From contig OZ361257.1 in the NCBI GenBank assembly GCA_977018835.1, forward strand, positions 4,154,001 through 4,218,000: DNA of 64,000 bases. The letters run 5' to 3'. The stretch comes from Minutocellus sp. GHC0000111. Its lineage: Eukaryota. Shown one piece after another: positions 21,320 through 31,791 of the stretch; position 1 is the first letter of the stretch; each line of letters opens with the position of its first letter. Under the pieces are notes generated by a model that saw nothing but the letters and a program-made list of their open reading frames with translations, was not told where the DNA came from and did not search any database. The position numbers and the translations under genes were made by a program.

Positions 21320-23087
21320 ATGAAACTCTCCACCGCCCTCATCCTCCTCACCCTCGGTGCCGCCGAGGCCCGAGCTGGAACTCGACGTGCTCGACGCCGC
21401 GCTCAGGATGCCGCCGCTGACGTGGCCACAATCGCCGATTCTGACCTGGTCGAAGCCGATAGCGGCAACGGTGGAGGCAGGAGCGGATGCGACGAGGACG
21501 AAGTTGGTGGGATCGTAACCATCAACTACACCGGCGGTAGCATCGATTACACCAACGTTCCTATTACTGGTGTTAACCCTGTCACTATCAAACCTGGCAT
21601 CCAGACCAGCTATCCCACTGGTGGCACCGGCTACGGAGGTATTGCCTTCGAGTACAACTCCGACACGGAATCTGTGAAATTCAAGAGTGCCAACGGCAGC
21701 ACCTTCGACGAAGATGCCTGTCAGGAATACGAGAAAATTTGCTACAACGGCATTGGTCGCAAGCTGGAGGAAAATGGCGATGTCGTCAGCGAAGATCGCC
21801 GCAATGATTGCCAGGGCAAAGATACCGTCCTCTTTTGCCCAATGAGCGAGGGTCAGTCTGCTACTTTCGAGCTCACCGATACTATGCGGTACTGCGGCGC
21901 GACTCGCAAACTTCAAGATGACGAGGAGGAAATTACTGAAGATAATGCGACCTATCCGTCTTGCCAAGGCAGGAATCAAGTTTTACATCACAACTCCCGA
22001 TAATACTTGCCCCAATTATGTTTCTCCCGTTTCTCAGGTAACTTCCGTTACTCAGGTAACCAAATTTGCTCAGCCTTCATCATGCTACGGTGAAGATGTG
22101 GTTGCCATTCTACAGTGCGGCCCAACTAGATCTCGTTCCGTCTCGCATACGTCTGACTGCCTCTACGCCAATGATTGCCTCGTCAATAACACTGTTAGTA
22201 TTGCTCCCACGAACGGACTTGGAATCGAACACGCCATCAACCTCGAGCAGTGCGTCATCCGGCGCAGATCGAACATCAAACTTGTTAAGAAGGTTGCTGT
22301 TCAGCCATCAAGTACCGAAGGCGGCAACGGCCGGCGCCTCGCTATCGAAGAGGCCCGCAACATCATTAATACAGTAGGCGGTGATCTCAATGGTGCCTAC
22401 TTCGAGAAGGATAACATCATTTCCAAGGACGCTGTCGATACTCTGAGGAAGATGAGTACTCCCTCGATGACTTCAATCCCAGGGCCCCTCATCATCAGCA
22501 GGAGTTCCGTATCGGAAGCAATCTGACCCCGGAGCGTCTTGCCTTCTACGAGCTTTCGGGCGAGAAGCTCATCGATACCATCGGAGAGGACAACTCCAAG
22601 GCCATCCTCGATTTCGTCCGCGAATCGTTCGGTCCAACCGCCTCCGTGTCCAAGATTAGTCTTCAGCACGCCAACATGGAGCAGCAGATGTTCATCGCCC
22701 CTCACATGGACGGGAAGGACACCGCCCTCGTCTTTTTGGGAGGCAGCGATGCCAACGTCATTTACCTGAGCGAAAAAGAAGGCAACACCGAGGCCCAGAC
22801 ATACCACGGCAAGGCCCTGGCCCACGGCGCCTACACGGTCCACAGTGAGTATCAGCGGCGTCGTTGTGAATATGTTTGCATGAATTTTTGATTTCTGTTC
22901 TGTCCCGATGCATCGATTTCTAAATCGCTCACGCACAACGCATTTTCTCTCTGTTGATATGAAACATTGCCACTCTCTTCTTTCTTTGCACACAGAATCC
23001 ACTGACTTCGTTGGCCACCGTCACGTCCTAGAGATCCAGACGAAGCAGGGTGGCGACGGCTGCCTTCTCGCCAAGCTTTTGGACTAA
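21320..23087 (+). pseudogene. Secreted RXL-punctuated polyprotein with C-terminal 2OG-Fe(II) dioxygenase-like domain; two frameshifts, intron 22845-22995
   Basis: Signal peptide MKLSTALILLTLGAAEA, basic pro-piece RRARRR, RXL sites GRKLEE, TRKLQD and GRRLAI. After frameshifts at ~21968 and ~22441 and splicing (A|GTGAGT...CAG|AA), the C-terminus reads IAPHMDGKDTALVFL...GKALAHGAYTVHKSTDFVGHRHVL, an HxD...H...R pattern. Confidence 0.65.
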
Positions 23088-23895
23088 TCAATATCTTCTG
23101 AAGCTAACGTACCACGACCCTAGCTAACCATATTTAATTTTGACTTCTCGAATTGCCAAAAACGGGCACGAATTGCCTCGGAATGGGCCACCCGCTTGTC
23201 CTTCCTTTGCTGACATTTATTAATTTGCGCAAGCGAATAGGACTTCAATGGCATTGTAGGTAGATAATATGTATGTAAATCAACATGATCCAACAAGTAT
23301 TAAAAAATCGTTGAATGGCATCATCTCGAGTGCTGGAGCGGAAAGGAAACCTTCACCTATTGCTCGCTACCGACGTGAGGTCGTGACTATCGCAGCATCT
23401 GCTTCCCGGCTTTGGCGCCTTTGCCTGGACTGCTGGCCTCGCTGCTGCTCTGCTTCCTGACTGGTGCAAAGTGAAAAATGTGTCGTAACCCGGAGACATT
23501 GCACCGGCCGGCTATTTCCGTTGGCCTGCCAATCTCATGGAAACAACGAAGTCGAGCACCGACACCCCCCTCGATTTGCCTCGAGCTGCCCAGGAGAAAG
23601 CAGATAACCCCAAGGCCAAGTCCTCTTGTATTGGAAGAAAGGATATAGTTCAGAAGGATCTGGTCTGCTTGCTGGTCGATGCTGGCGGGTCTATTCTGAG
23701 CCATATCTTTCGACGCTTTCCGCATAGATCTTTTGCGGGTCACTTCTGTGACGTTCGAAGAGCAGATTGAAATAGCCCCGCATCTTTTCTTCATCTGTCG
23801 TACGTGCCGGCCAACCCATAATTGCGGGCGTCCGGTTTGTGCTACGGGATCAATTCAAATATATTCATAATTTACACGCAAAATCAGAAGAAGAA

Positions 23896-25631
23896 ATGAA
23901 GATGGTGGCACATAAGATGCCGGTGCTGGTCGGCACAGTCCTTGTGCTGAGCCTACTTTCTGTAGGCAAAGCGAAGAAGCTGGACGACATCGCTTTCGAG
24001 GCCTTTGAGGAGGAACGGTATCAGGACATCGTCAAGCAAGTCCCAGATGAGATCGGGATCGATCCCAAGGATGCCTACGAGGCGGAGATGCGAATGGCGA
24101 GCTTGGAAAATTTCTCAAATGTCGGTGATGGTGATGGCACCGTCGCCGGAGACGTGTCGGGCCGTCGCTTGAGGGCACTTATGGACATTTCTGATACAGG
24201 CGCGCCTGATGCTGTCGCAGGCGGCACAACTCGCAAACTGGGCGGAAGGAAATCCGAGAGCAAACGAAAGAAGAGTCTGTTCAAGAAGAAGTCATCTTCC
24301 AAAAGCAAGAAGCAGAAGAAGGAGAGCGATGATAGCGAATCGTCAAAAAGTCTCGAAAGAAGAGCTCGTCTTCGTCAACCGACGACAAGTCGATGAAGCG
24401 CAAGAAAAAGTCCGACAGTAGCACAGATGATGACTCCAAATCCAAATCGAAGAAGGACAAGAAAAGCGACAGCGATAGTGACAGTAGCAAGTCGAAAAAG
24501 AAATCGACCAAAAAGTCGGATAGCGACAGCAGTACCGAGTCGAAAAGCAAGAAGAAGAATAAGAAGTCTACGAAGGACTCGAAGGATAGCAAGGTGAGCT
24601 CTTTGTTTGCTAGCATACGTTTTTTTACTTGGAAGTGCATTCGCAAGCTGCGTTTGTCGGTATGAACTATCGCATGGTTCGCTCAGACATCTCACTCATT
24701 TGTGTGAAACCTATTTGTCTCTATCACCTCGTAGAGCAAAAAGGACAGCAAATCGAAGAAGAAGAAGAAGAAGAGTGACTCTAAATCGAAGGACAAGTCC
24801 AAGGATAAAGACAAGTCCAAGAAGAATAGCGACGATGATGACGACGATGAGAAGAAGAAGAATTCGGGTGGATCGGCCGCCGATGAGCCTACAATGGAGC
24901 CTGAACCAACTTCCGAGCCGGGTAGCATGGAACCAACGATGTCGGGTACTCCAGGAAGCATCGAGCCTACTCTGGATGGGCCAGGTCGTTTCCCAACGTT
25001 TGAGCCTACCGATGAGCCAACGGATCCACCGGTCGACAGTACCCCGCGCCCAACGCCTGCCCCAGTCGCACAGGCCGAAACACCATCCCCGACGCAAGCG
25101 CCTGTGGCTGGCACAGGTACCGATGCCCCGACTGCAGCCCCGGTGGCAGGTACTCAAGCGCCCGTGGCAGCAACAAGCGCTCCTACAGCAGCCCCAGTCG
25201 CTGCAACTCAAGCGCCTGTAGCAGCAACAAGTGCTCCAACATCAGCCCCTGTAGCGGCAACAGCAGCACCAGTTGCTGCGACTGGAGCACCAACGGCAGC
25301 TCCTGTGGCCGCAACAGCTGCCCCGGTAGCGGCAACAGCTGCTCCAACATCGGCCCCGGTGGCAGTAACCGCAGCTCCAGTCGCCGGAACTACAGCTCCA
25401 ACTAATGCCGCATCCTTCTCGGCCTCGTTTTCAGCGTCCTTTTCGTTTTCATCTAGTTTCAGCGTGCCAGCTAGACAACGAGAGAGGAGAAAGCTTAGAA
25501 ATAGAAGAGTGGAGGGTGGAAATGCAATGCGAAGGCGGCGGAAATACACGCAGAGGCTGTATGATGCTGAACCTGTCCCCGTCGTCGAGAACGATGACGA
25601 ATGGCATGCCGGTAACGTGCATTTGCGATAG
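23896..25631 (+). CDS. Silaffin-like Lys/Ser/Asp-rich secreted protein with Pro/Thr/Ala repeat stalk; intron 24594-24734; apparent 1-nt deletion in A-run 24345-24349
   Basis: Signal peptide; RXL sites GRRLRA, TRKLGG and RRKLRN; long tract of KxxK clusters alternating with DSDS; (APTxAPVAxT)n repeats. The GT-AG intron keeps frame into ORF 24894-25631. Confidence 0.75.
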
Positions 25632-25816
25632 TGGCTGAGACAAGTACTCTTTTGCTACTTTTGGTAGATGATGAGGATTCATATCCTGTCATCACTCCAA
25701 CAAGTATAAAATTCAATTCACCTGGGAAAAGGTTCACACTCGGGATAAGTTCAAATATTACTCAAATAGATTCAATGTTATATCTTTCTACTCTATGAAG
25801 AAGCCGTCTGTATTGT

Positions 25817-27868
25817 TCAAGACTGCGAGCTTCGTGATGAGGTATTTTTCCTCGAGGGAGAGGTCGTCATCTTCTTGCCATCTTCTTTATCGACCAGAAA
25901 TCCAACTAGGAGAAATCGGCGGCCTGTAGTTATCTTTTGACCTCGATGCCGGAGCTTCCCTGGAAATATTAGAGCTTGTCCACGCGACAGGTGCACAGTG
26001 GAGTCGATGCACTCGAAGAAAGTGCCACCACCCGAGTAATCTGCACCGCAGCCTTCCGATAACGATATAAGAAACGTCCATTCGCTCTTGTCCGTGTGCG
26101 TGTCCAACTTCTGCCTCTCCTTTCTAGTCAAATCATATTTCACCAGATGTGGCTCTCTGTCATCTAATACAAGTTGCCTCTTGTACCGAGGGCGCAGCTT
26201 AGGGGCAGAGTCTGGCCTCCTCTCTTCCATCGGGAGAGTTTCTTCGACTAATGTGTCAATTTTGTCTTCACCACCCTTGCCTAAAACCATCGCGTTATCA
26301 TCCTCGCCTTCAATATCAGATCCATCCTCTACATGACCATCCGTTTCATCATCCACGTACGGTTCTTCAAAAGTTTCCATGATGGTTGCCGTTGCAGTCA
26401 TGACCGGGCCGACACAAACACTTGCAAGATCATCGTATTCACGACATCCCAGGGTTTGCTTGGCATATGTGTACGCCGCCCAAGTCCCTCTGGAACAATG
26501 CTCGGCAACCCTAATGATCGAATCGCAATCTCTATCAGTGAGTCCAATGTCGGCAACAAATATTTGATGCTCCTCACTAACGCAAACGATATCGCTGACC
26601 GGATCGGCGGTATTGTTTCTAACAGCTTCTCTCGTGAAGAGAATGGAAGCACACCCTTTCGGGTATGTCGGTATGTAAGTCTCACGATATTTGGGGAGCG
26701 TTTCCATCTTACGAGAATGTGCCGCCATGCACTGAGAGTTGGGATGTGGGTCATAATGGCCACCGTAATAGGTACAATTGCAAATATAATCCACCTGATC
26801 AATTGGTTTGTCTTTCGACCAACCAAAGAGTCGAAATCGTCGATGCTTGGAACCTCTACTCGATATTGTAGGCACTTGACGAGCTGTGTCAGCTGAATTC
26901 GGCAGAAGCAGCGAGCTTTCATCGTGATTATTTGACGATTGTGGCGACGCTGGACTTGAGCTCATGTCGTCCTCAGAACAGACAGGCGACGGTGTATTTG
27001 GGCTCTTTTCACCACCCTCCAACTTCGACTGATCGTCCGCCACAGAAGCAACTCTAGCGGCATATATCTGAGTTCCCGCCACGGTGGCCTCGTCCGAAAC
27101 GTCCAAGCCATATTCTTCGAGAACTAAAGGATCGCGATAGAAGAGCTGCGTCTTTGTTGGCACAGGTACGACCAAAGATGGCTTGGCAACATGCCTTGTC
27201 AGTCTGCTATTTATTCGTGGGGAGAAGGGTCGCTTCGTTGGAGAGGTTGGAGTCTCTTCATCACGTCCATTCGTATGCATCGGCAAATCCTCTGGCAAAA
27301 TTGGGATGGGTCCTCCATCTTCAGCAGTCGCCGAGAGAAACTTGATCACGCCAACGACGCTACTACCGCCGCCGCTGGATCTATCGCCATCAGTTCTTCG
27401 TTGAACTGATAAGTCTGAACAACTGTCACCGCTACTACTGCTCCGTCTATCACGGACGTAGCTCAGCAGTCTGCGGCGTGATTTGTCTTTCACCGCCTCC
27501 CCACTGGCTTGTCGATGCATAGCTCTGCCAACCACGCCCCTCTTGTTCTGCTTGGACGTATTATTTGAGCTCTGACGACTTATGCCCCCAAGAATGGGAT
27601 GATTTGGAGGCACTGCCGAGGCCGGTGGCGGATCGGCATACAGATCTGGCGTCGGGGGTCCATCGATGTTTGATGCTAGAGTTGGTACGGCGCTTTGCGT
27701 TGGACTTGCATCAATTCCATGTGATGACCGGTCATCTTTACCGCCGATTTTTGCAGAATCCTGTTGCCGAATCAAAGATGATTTGTTGGATTTGTAGGGA
27801 TGCAAAGATTGGGGCTGGTCAACGACGACACCAGAAGAGCCGAAGCAAGATGACGAAGATTGTCCCAT
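25817..27868 (-). CDS. 2OG-Fe(II) dioxygenase (prolyl/lysyl-hydroxylase-like C-terminal domain) with long disordered, probably acylated N-terminus
   Basis: HLVKYD...LDTHTDKSEWTFLISL...DYSGGGTFF...GQALIFPGKLRHRGQKITTGRRFLLVGF. The N-terminus MGQSSSSC fits myristoylation/palmitoylation. Confidence 0.85.
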   Translation of the reverse strand: MGQSSSSCFGSSGVVVDQPQSLHPYKSNKSSLIRQQDSAKIGGKDDRSSHGIDASPTQSAVPTLASNIDGPPTPDLYADPPPASAVPPNHPILGGISRQSSNNTSKQNKRGVVGRAMHRQASGEAVKDKSRRRLLSYVRDRRSSSSGDSCSDLSVQRRTDGDRSSGGGSSVVGVIKFLSATAEDGGPIPILPEDLPMHTNGRDEETPTSPTKRPFSPRINSRLTRHVAKPSLVVPVPTKTQLFYRDPLVLEEYGLDVSDEATVAGTQIYAARVASVADDQSKLEGGEKSPNTPSPVCSEDDMSSSPASPQSSNNHDESSLLLPNSADTARQVPTISSRGSKHRRFRLFGWSKDKPIDQVDYICNCTYYGGHYDPHPNSQCMAAHSRKMETLPKYRETYIPTYPKGCASILFTREAVRNNTADPVSDIVCVSEEHQIFVADIGLTDRDCDSIIRVAEHCSRGTWAAYTYAKQTLGCREYDDLASVCVGPVMTATATIMETFEEPYVDDETDGHVEDGSDIEGEDDNAMVLGKGGEDKIDTLVEETLPMEERRPDSAPKLRPRYKRQLVLDDREPHLVKYDLTRKERQKLDTHTDKSEWTFLISLSEGCGADYSGGGTFFECIDSTVHLSRGQALIFPGKLRHRGQKITTGRRFLLVGFLVDKEDGKKMTTSPSRKNTSSRSSQS

Positions 27869-28729
27869 ATTTTACAAGCTGCCACAACTGCAGGTTGTCA
27901 ATAATTGATTGGAACCGACCTCTTTGTTCGTGGTTGGAAAGGAAAAGAACTTTTATGCAGGACAGCCGCCGGCAAGTTCTGTTGTGGCGATCAATCGGCG
28001 AGTAGATCAAAGCGAAATGAAATAACTCAAGCTATCGCTTCAGGCATCTCCCTCGCCGATTTCTTCATGAGAAAGGTAGGGTTTTCTTGAGAGAGCACGC
28101 ACATACATCTACGACCGGCCGCTTCGGTTCCTCTCTTGAGCTCGAGAGAGAGATCTCGCCCGCCCCAGGGGGCGCGGCCGAGGAGAATTGCGGGAAATGA
28201 GGCGTCGACTTAAGTACGCATTTCTGCAAAATGAGACCAGCGCCCCCGCAGGGGCCGCCGCCCCGCCGCCTGCCGCCCCAGGAGACGAGCCGGACGCCAC
28301 AAACTCAAGGCTAACCCTAAACTGACTTTCCTTTCAAATGGGTTGCCAAAAGTTTGAAGAAAAGATGTAATCATCCTGGCCCAATAATTGAATATTTTCT
28401 CAAGCGAAAAGGAGGGAAGGAATATCTACTTTCAAAGGAGTTTGTTCTTGATTGCATGTAAATCTACAAATTGCATGATGTTCCCATACATGTACACCAA
28501 GAAAGGCACCGCTCGCGAAGAGTTAGAATCCATAGAAACGCTTAGTAAAAAAGACAGGAATGCTATTCTTGGCAACAGGCACCACCTCGACTTCTCAATG
28601 CGCCATTTGGCGTTCCAATGAGAGACAACAGCGACCGGCCGAACGCGCCAATAGATTGGATCGCTGGTTCCGAGACGCTTGAAAATAATTTTTAACATGA
28701 TGTGGGTTTGGATAGATTTAATACAGGGT

Positions 28730-29470
28730 TTACTCCAACAACGTAACGTCAAAACAAAGAGTAGCGTACGGAGGCACCACCACCTCTCCCGTCGATTTCC
28801 TCAGGCCCTCCCTGCCATACGCATAGTCACAACGTGCCACGATCTGCGCCGTATCTCCCACCCTCATAGTTGGCAGCGCCAGCTCAAATGCCTTGATGGC
28901 CTTGCCCTTCCCCAACAGGAACGTGAACGGTTTGCCCAACTTCTTGCTGCTGTCGAATTCACTCCCCACCTCGTACGCCTCCTTCTTCAGATTCCGCGCC
29001 GCCATGCACAGCTTCTTGCACTTGATCTTGTTGTCCACCGCCAGTGCCGTGGTGACAAATTGTTCGGTGAAGAAGGCGTCGTCCATGAGTTTATCGTCAT
29101 CGATATCAAACTCGACAAACAGCTTGGGTGCCAATGCATCCAGCCCCTGCTGCTCCGACAGCCACGCATCGATGACGTCTTGTGCCGACCAATCTCGTTC
29201 GGCGACGGTGCCGACGTAATCTACCGACACTTGATCACCGGGCGACGGTGATGCGGCATCGGCATTTGGAGAGGCGGCGAGGGTGCGCATCTTGACGGCG
29301 CCGTCGTCGGTGAGGTTGGTCCATTCGTCGGCATTATCGCCATCTTCGTTGGCGCTTGCGTACAGGACGGCGTGATGATTGGCATGTGCCGATTTTGGAT
29401 AAGCTGGCGCAAATGCCAGAGATTGCACGGCCATGGTGAGCAGGGCAGATACTACCGCGAGCGATCTCAT
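28730..29470 (-). CDS. Plastid-targeted FKBP-type peptidyl-prolyl isomerase with inserted SAM-like domain
   Basis: SLA-FAP pre-sequence. FKBP motifs GDQVSVDYVG / EFDSS...PFTFLLGKGKAIKAFE...MRVGD...YAYG...VPPYATLCFDVTLL are split by a ~70-aa insert. Confidence 0.88.
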   Translation of the reverse strand: MRSLAVVSALLTMAVQSLAFAPAYPKSAHANHHAVLYASANEDGDNADEWTNLTDDGAVKMRTLAASPNADAASPSPGDQVSVDYVGTVAERDWSAQDVIDAWLSEQQGLDALAPKLFVEFDIDDDKLMDDAFFTEQFVTTALAVDNKIKCKKLCMAARNLKKEAYEVGSEFDSSKKLGKPFTFLLGKGKAIKAFELALPTMRVGDTAQIVARCDYAYGREGLRKSTGEVVVPPYATLCFDVTLLE

Positions 29471-29888
29471 CGTGGCGCTTCTATCAATTCAACATACAAG
29501 CAGAGTAAATGCCGCGCCCACCATACGTCGCCGCTCGCAGCAGCAGCAGCAGCGCAGGCAAAGTTCAAATGACGAATGTAGCCCGACAAATCGGCGTGTT
29601 GAAGAGACCTTCATCCTCTAAACCGATCTTGAAAAGTTGCATGCCGAGCCATGCCGACACATCTTGTGTTGGTTCTTCGCCCGTATCTCGGACCAGAACC
29701 CCGCACCTCCTCTTTGCTGATAACAAGCAAGGGGACAGGCATATTTTTGGTTCGACAAACGTCTTCCCACGGGCGTATCTTTTGTTCGCCGCCGTCGGTA
29801 CCGTCGTTCTTCGCTTCTTTTTGAAGGAGCCCCATAAATCTTTCACATCATCACTTGTTTTTGATTCATTCTTGTCAAATAATACTTA

Positions 29889-29917
29889 CGAAGTCCGTTT
29901 CGCGAGAAATCGAGCGC
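29889..29917. repeat. Left terminal inverted repeat
   Basis: cgaagtccgtttcgcgagaaatcgagcgc, preceded by TA. Confidence 0.92.
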
Positions 29918-30088
29918 AGGGTCGGGACCAAAACAGCGACTTTTTGGGCCCGCAACCGCCTGAATCTTAGATCTACCGGCATTGAATACATGTACAATGC
30001 AAAGTACATGTATTGCAGCAGCTAGTATCCAGATCTACAATCCAATCTAGCATTATTAAACACAATATAACTTAAATGCACCGCAGGA

Positions 30089-31558
30089 CTAATTATCCAT
30101 GGTTGGATCAGCAGGAGGAGGAGCGATAATTTTCCCATCTATCCGAACCATGCCATTTTCAGTCGGCCTGAAATCCTTTCGCACCCCAACATGAATGCCT
30201 TCACCGTTTCCAAGAAAATCATTGTTGCCTTTTGCAACGATTACCTTCTTTGCAATTCTATGAGCCTGGATGTATGCCGATGCGATCTTCCAGTTTTCCA
30301 GCCCCATCCAAACTTCCTCCGCTGCATCCCAAGTCTGATCCTCTGTCAAAACCTTCAGCCCCTCCCGATCGCGGCACAACATTGTATGCTGCTTTGACAT
30401 GCAAGGGAAAACAGACAGATCAAGAACATTCATATGGGGCATTTGCGGGGCCTGAGGTTCCCAACGCCATCCCTTGTCCCGACAGTATCCTTCCACATAT
30501 TCCACAAATTCAGTCTCGGCATGGGGCCCAGCATTGTCGCCCTGGAAAATAGGGACATAGCCTTCAAACTTTCCGCCAGGTCCGACCAAAGCCTCAACAT
30601 CCGGAAATATCTTGTTCTCAAACAAAGCTTTCAGTGGGAACTTGGGATTATCAAGGGTGCCATGGCTGCATCCAGTCACCGCGCAATCCACAAGGTATAG
30701 ATCGTCTTTCTTCCGAACCACCGGGCCGCAATATTTGATTCTACCATCTGCCTGCCGCACCGCCTCCCTTACCATCTGCCTCGCAATTTTATGCGCCTGA
30801 GCCCGAAAAAGTCCAAGCTTGAACGCAATGCCGCCATTCTCAATGCTGTCAATAAAAGCCAAGGCAGTGACAGCTACCACCATGCACTTGTTGATGTGAT
30901 TTCGGTGATATGCCGAGAAGGACCGAGGATCAATACCCAATTCTGCAACTTGCTTGGCATGCGATCGAAGAACCAAGCCCCAAAACCACTTCTCATCGAA
31001 CATAACAAGGAGAAACTTGCCACCGCCGAGCCCCCAATTGTTTCGGAATTTCCGCGCAAATGCCAAATGTTTCTCCATCTGATGTGTAGTAAGGAGAGGG
31101 ATGATCCTTTCGGCATAGTACCGGAACCCTTCCCGCGACATTATCCACCGCCGTATTGCCGAGTAGGAACACCAAAAGTTGACATCCACCTCCAGCTCCC
31201 GCCAAGATTCCCGAGGATTTCGTATCAGAGCATCAACAATAACATCTCGAATGTATGGCTGCATAGCCAGATGAGATCTCCTCTTCATCTCCCACATCGC
31301 CTTCTCAGATGCAGGTAGAGCACCATGCGCCTTCATCCATCCCGAAAATCGTGCACCATGCTCTGCGCTGGACAGCACCGAATAGTCCACCTTTGCCTGC
31401 TCCCTGCACTTGGCAATTGCAAAGATACATGGTGCAGTATACCGCCGGGTCGCCGTTGCAAGATCGTCGATGACAGAACGGAAGGCGGCCGAATCAGATG
31501 AATCATCGGCACTCGTTGGGAAGCAGTATACCGGTCCAAGTGCGACGAACGCGTCCAT
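30089..31558 (-). CDS. DDD transposase (plant-mariner-like, DD38D spacing)
   Basis: Motifs FDEKWFW, FQGDNAGPH and QAPQMPHMNVLDLSVF; 38 residues between the 2nd and 3rd Asp. Confidence 0.9.
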   Translation of the reverse strand: MDAFVALGPVYCFPTSADDSSDSAAFRSVIDDLATATRRYTAPCIFAIAKCREQAKVDYSVLSSAEHGARFSGWMKAHGALPASEKAMWEMKRRSHLAMQPYIRDVIVDALIRNPRESWRELEVDVNFWCSYSAIRRWIMSREGFRYYAERIIPLLTTHQMEKHLAFARKFRNNWGLGGGKFLLVMFDEKWFWGLVLRSHAKQVAELGIDPRSFSAYHRNHINKCMVVAVTALAFIDSIENGGIAFKLGLFRAQAHKIARQMVREAVRQADGRIKYCGPVVRKKDDLYLVDCAVTGCSHGTLDNPKFPLKALFENKIFPDVEALVGPGGKFEGYVPIFQGDNAGPHAETEFVEYVEGYCRDKGWRWEPQAPQMPHMNVLDLSVFPCMSKQHTMLCRDREGLKVLTEDQTWDAAEEVWMGLENWKIASAYIQAHRIAKKVIVAKGNNDFLGNGEGIHVGVRKDFRPTENGMVRIDGKIIAPPPADPTMDN

Positions 31559-31713
31559 TTGATTAGAGCCGCTGAAATCTAAAGTCTTATCCGAATTATT
31601 GTTTCACATGAAGATAAATCAAATTAGAGTAAAAATAGCCATTTTCTTAAATATTTCAGCATGACTATTCTTCGAGGCGATTTTCAATCCCCTCGAAAGC
31701 AGTAAAAAACCGG

Positions 31714-31742
31714 GCGCTCGATTTCTCGCGAATCTGACCTCG
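31714..31742. repeat. Right terminal inverted repeat
   Basis: gcgctcgatttctcgcgaatctgacctcg followed by TA; its reverse complement matches the left TIR at 26/29. Confidence 0.92.
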
Positions 31743-31791
31743 TACCGGTACCGTCACCTGACATTTACCTGCAATACCTACCAACAAAACC

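Larger units (their letters stand above)
29889..31742 (-). mobile_element. Complete Tc1/mariner-superfamily DNA transposon (1,854 bp)
   Basis: 29-bp TIRs (26/29 match), TA duplication at 29887-29888 and 31743-31744, single uninterrupted transposase ORF. Confidence 0.92.

Noticed and set aside
28311..28321. Interstitial telomere
   Set aside because: Fewer than two full CCCTAA units, which is expected by chance.
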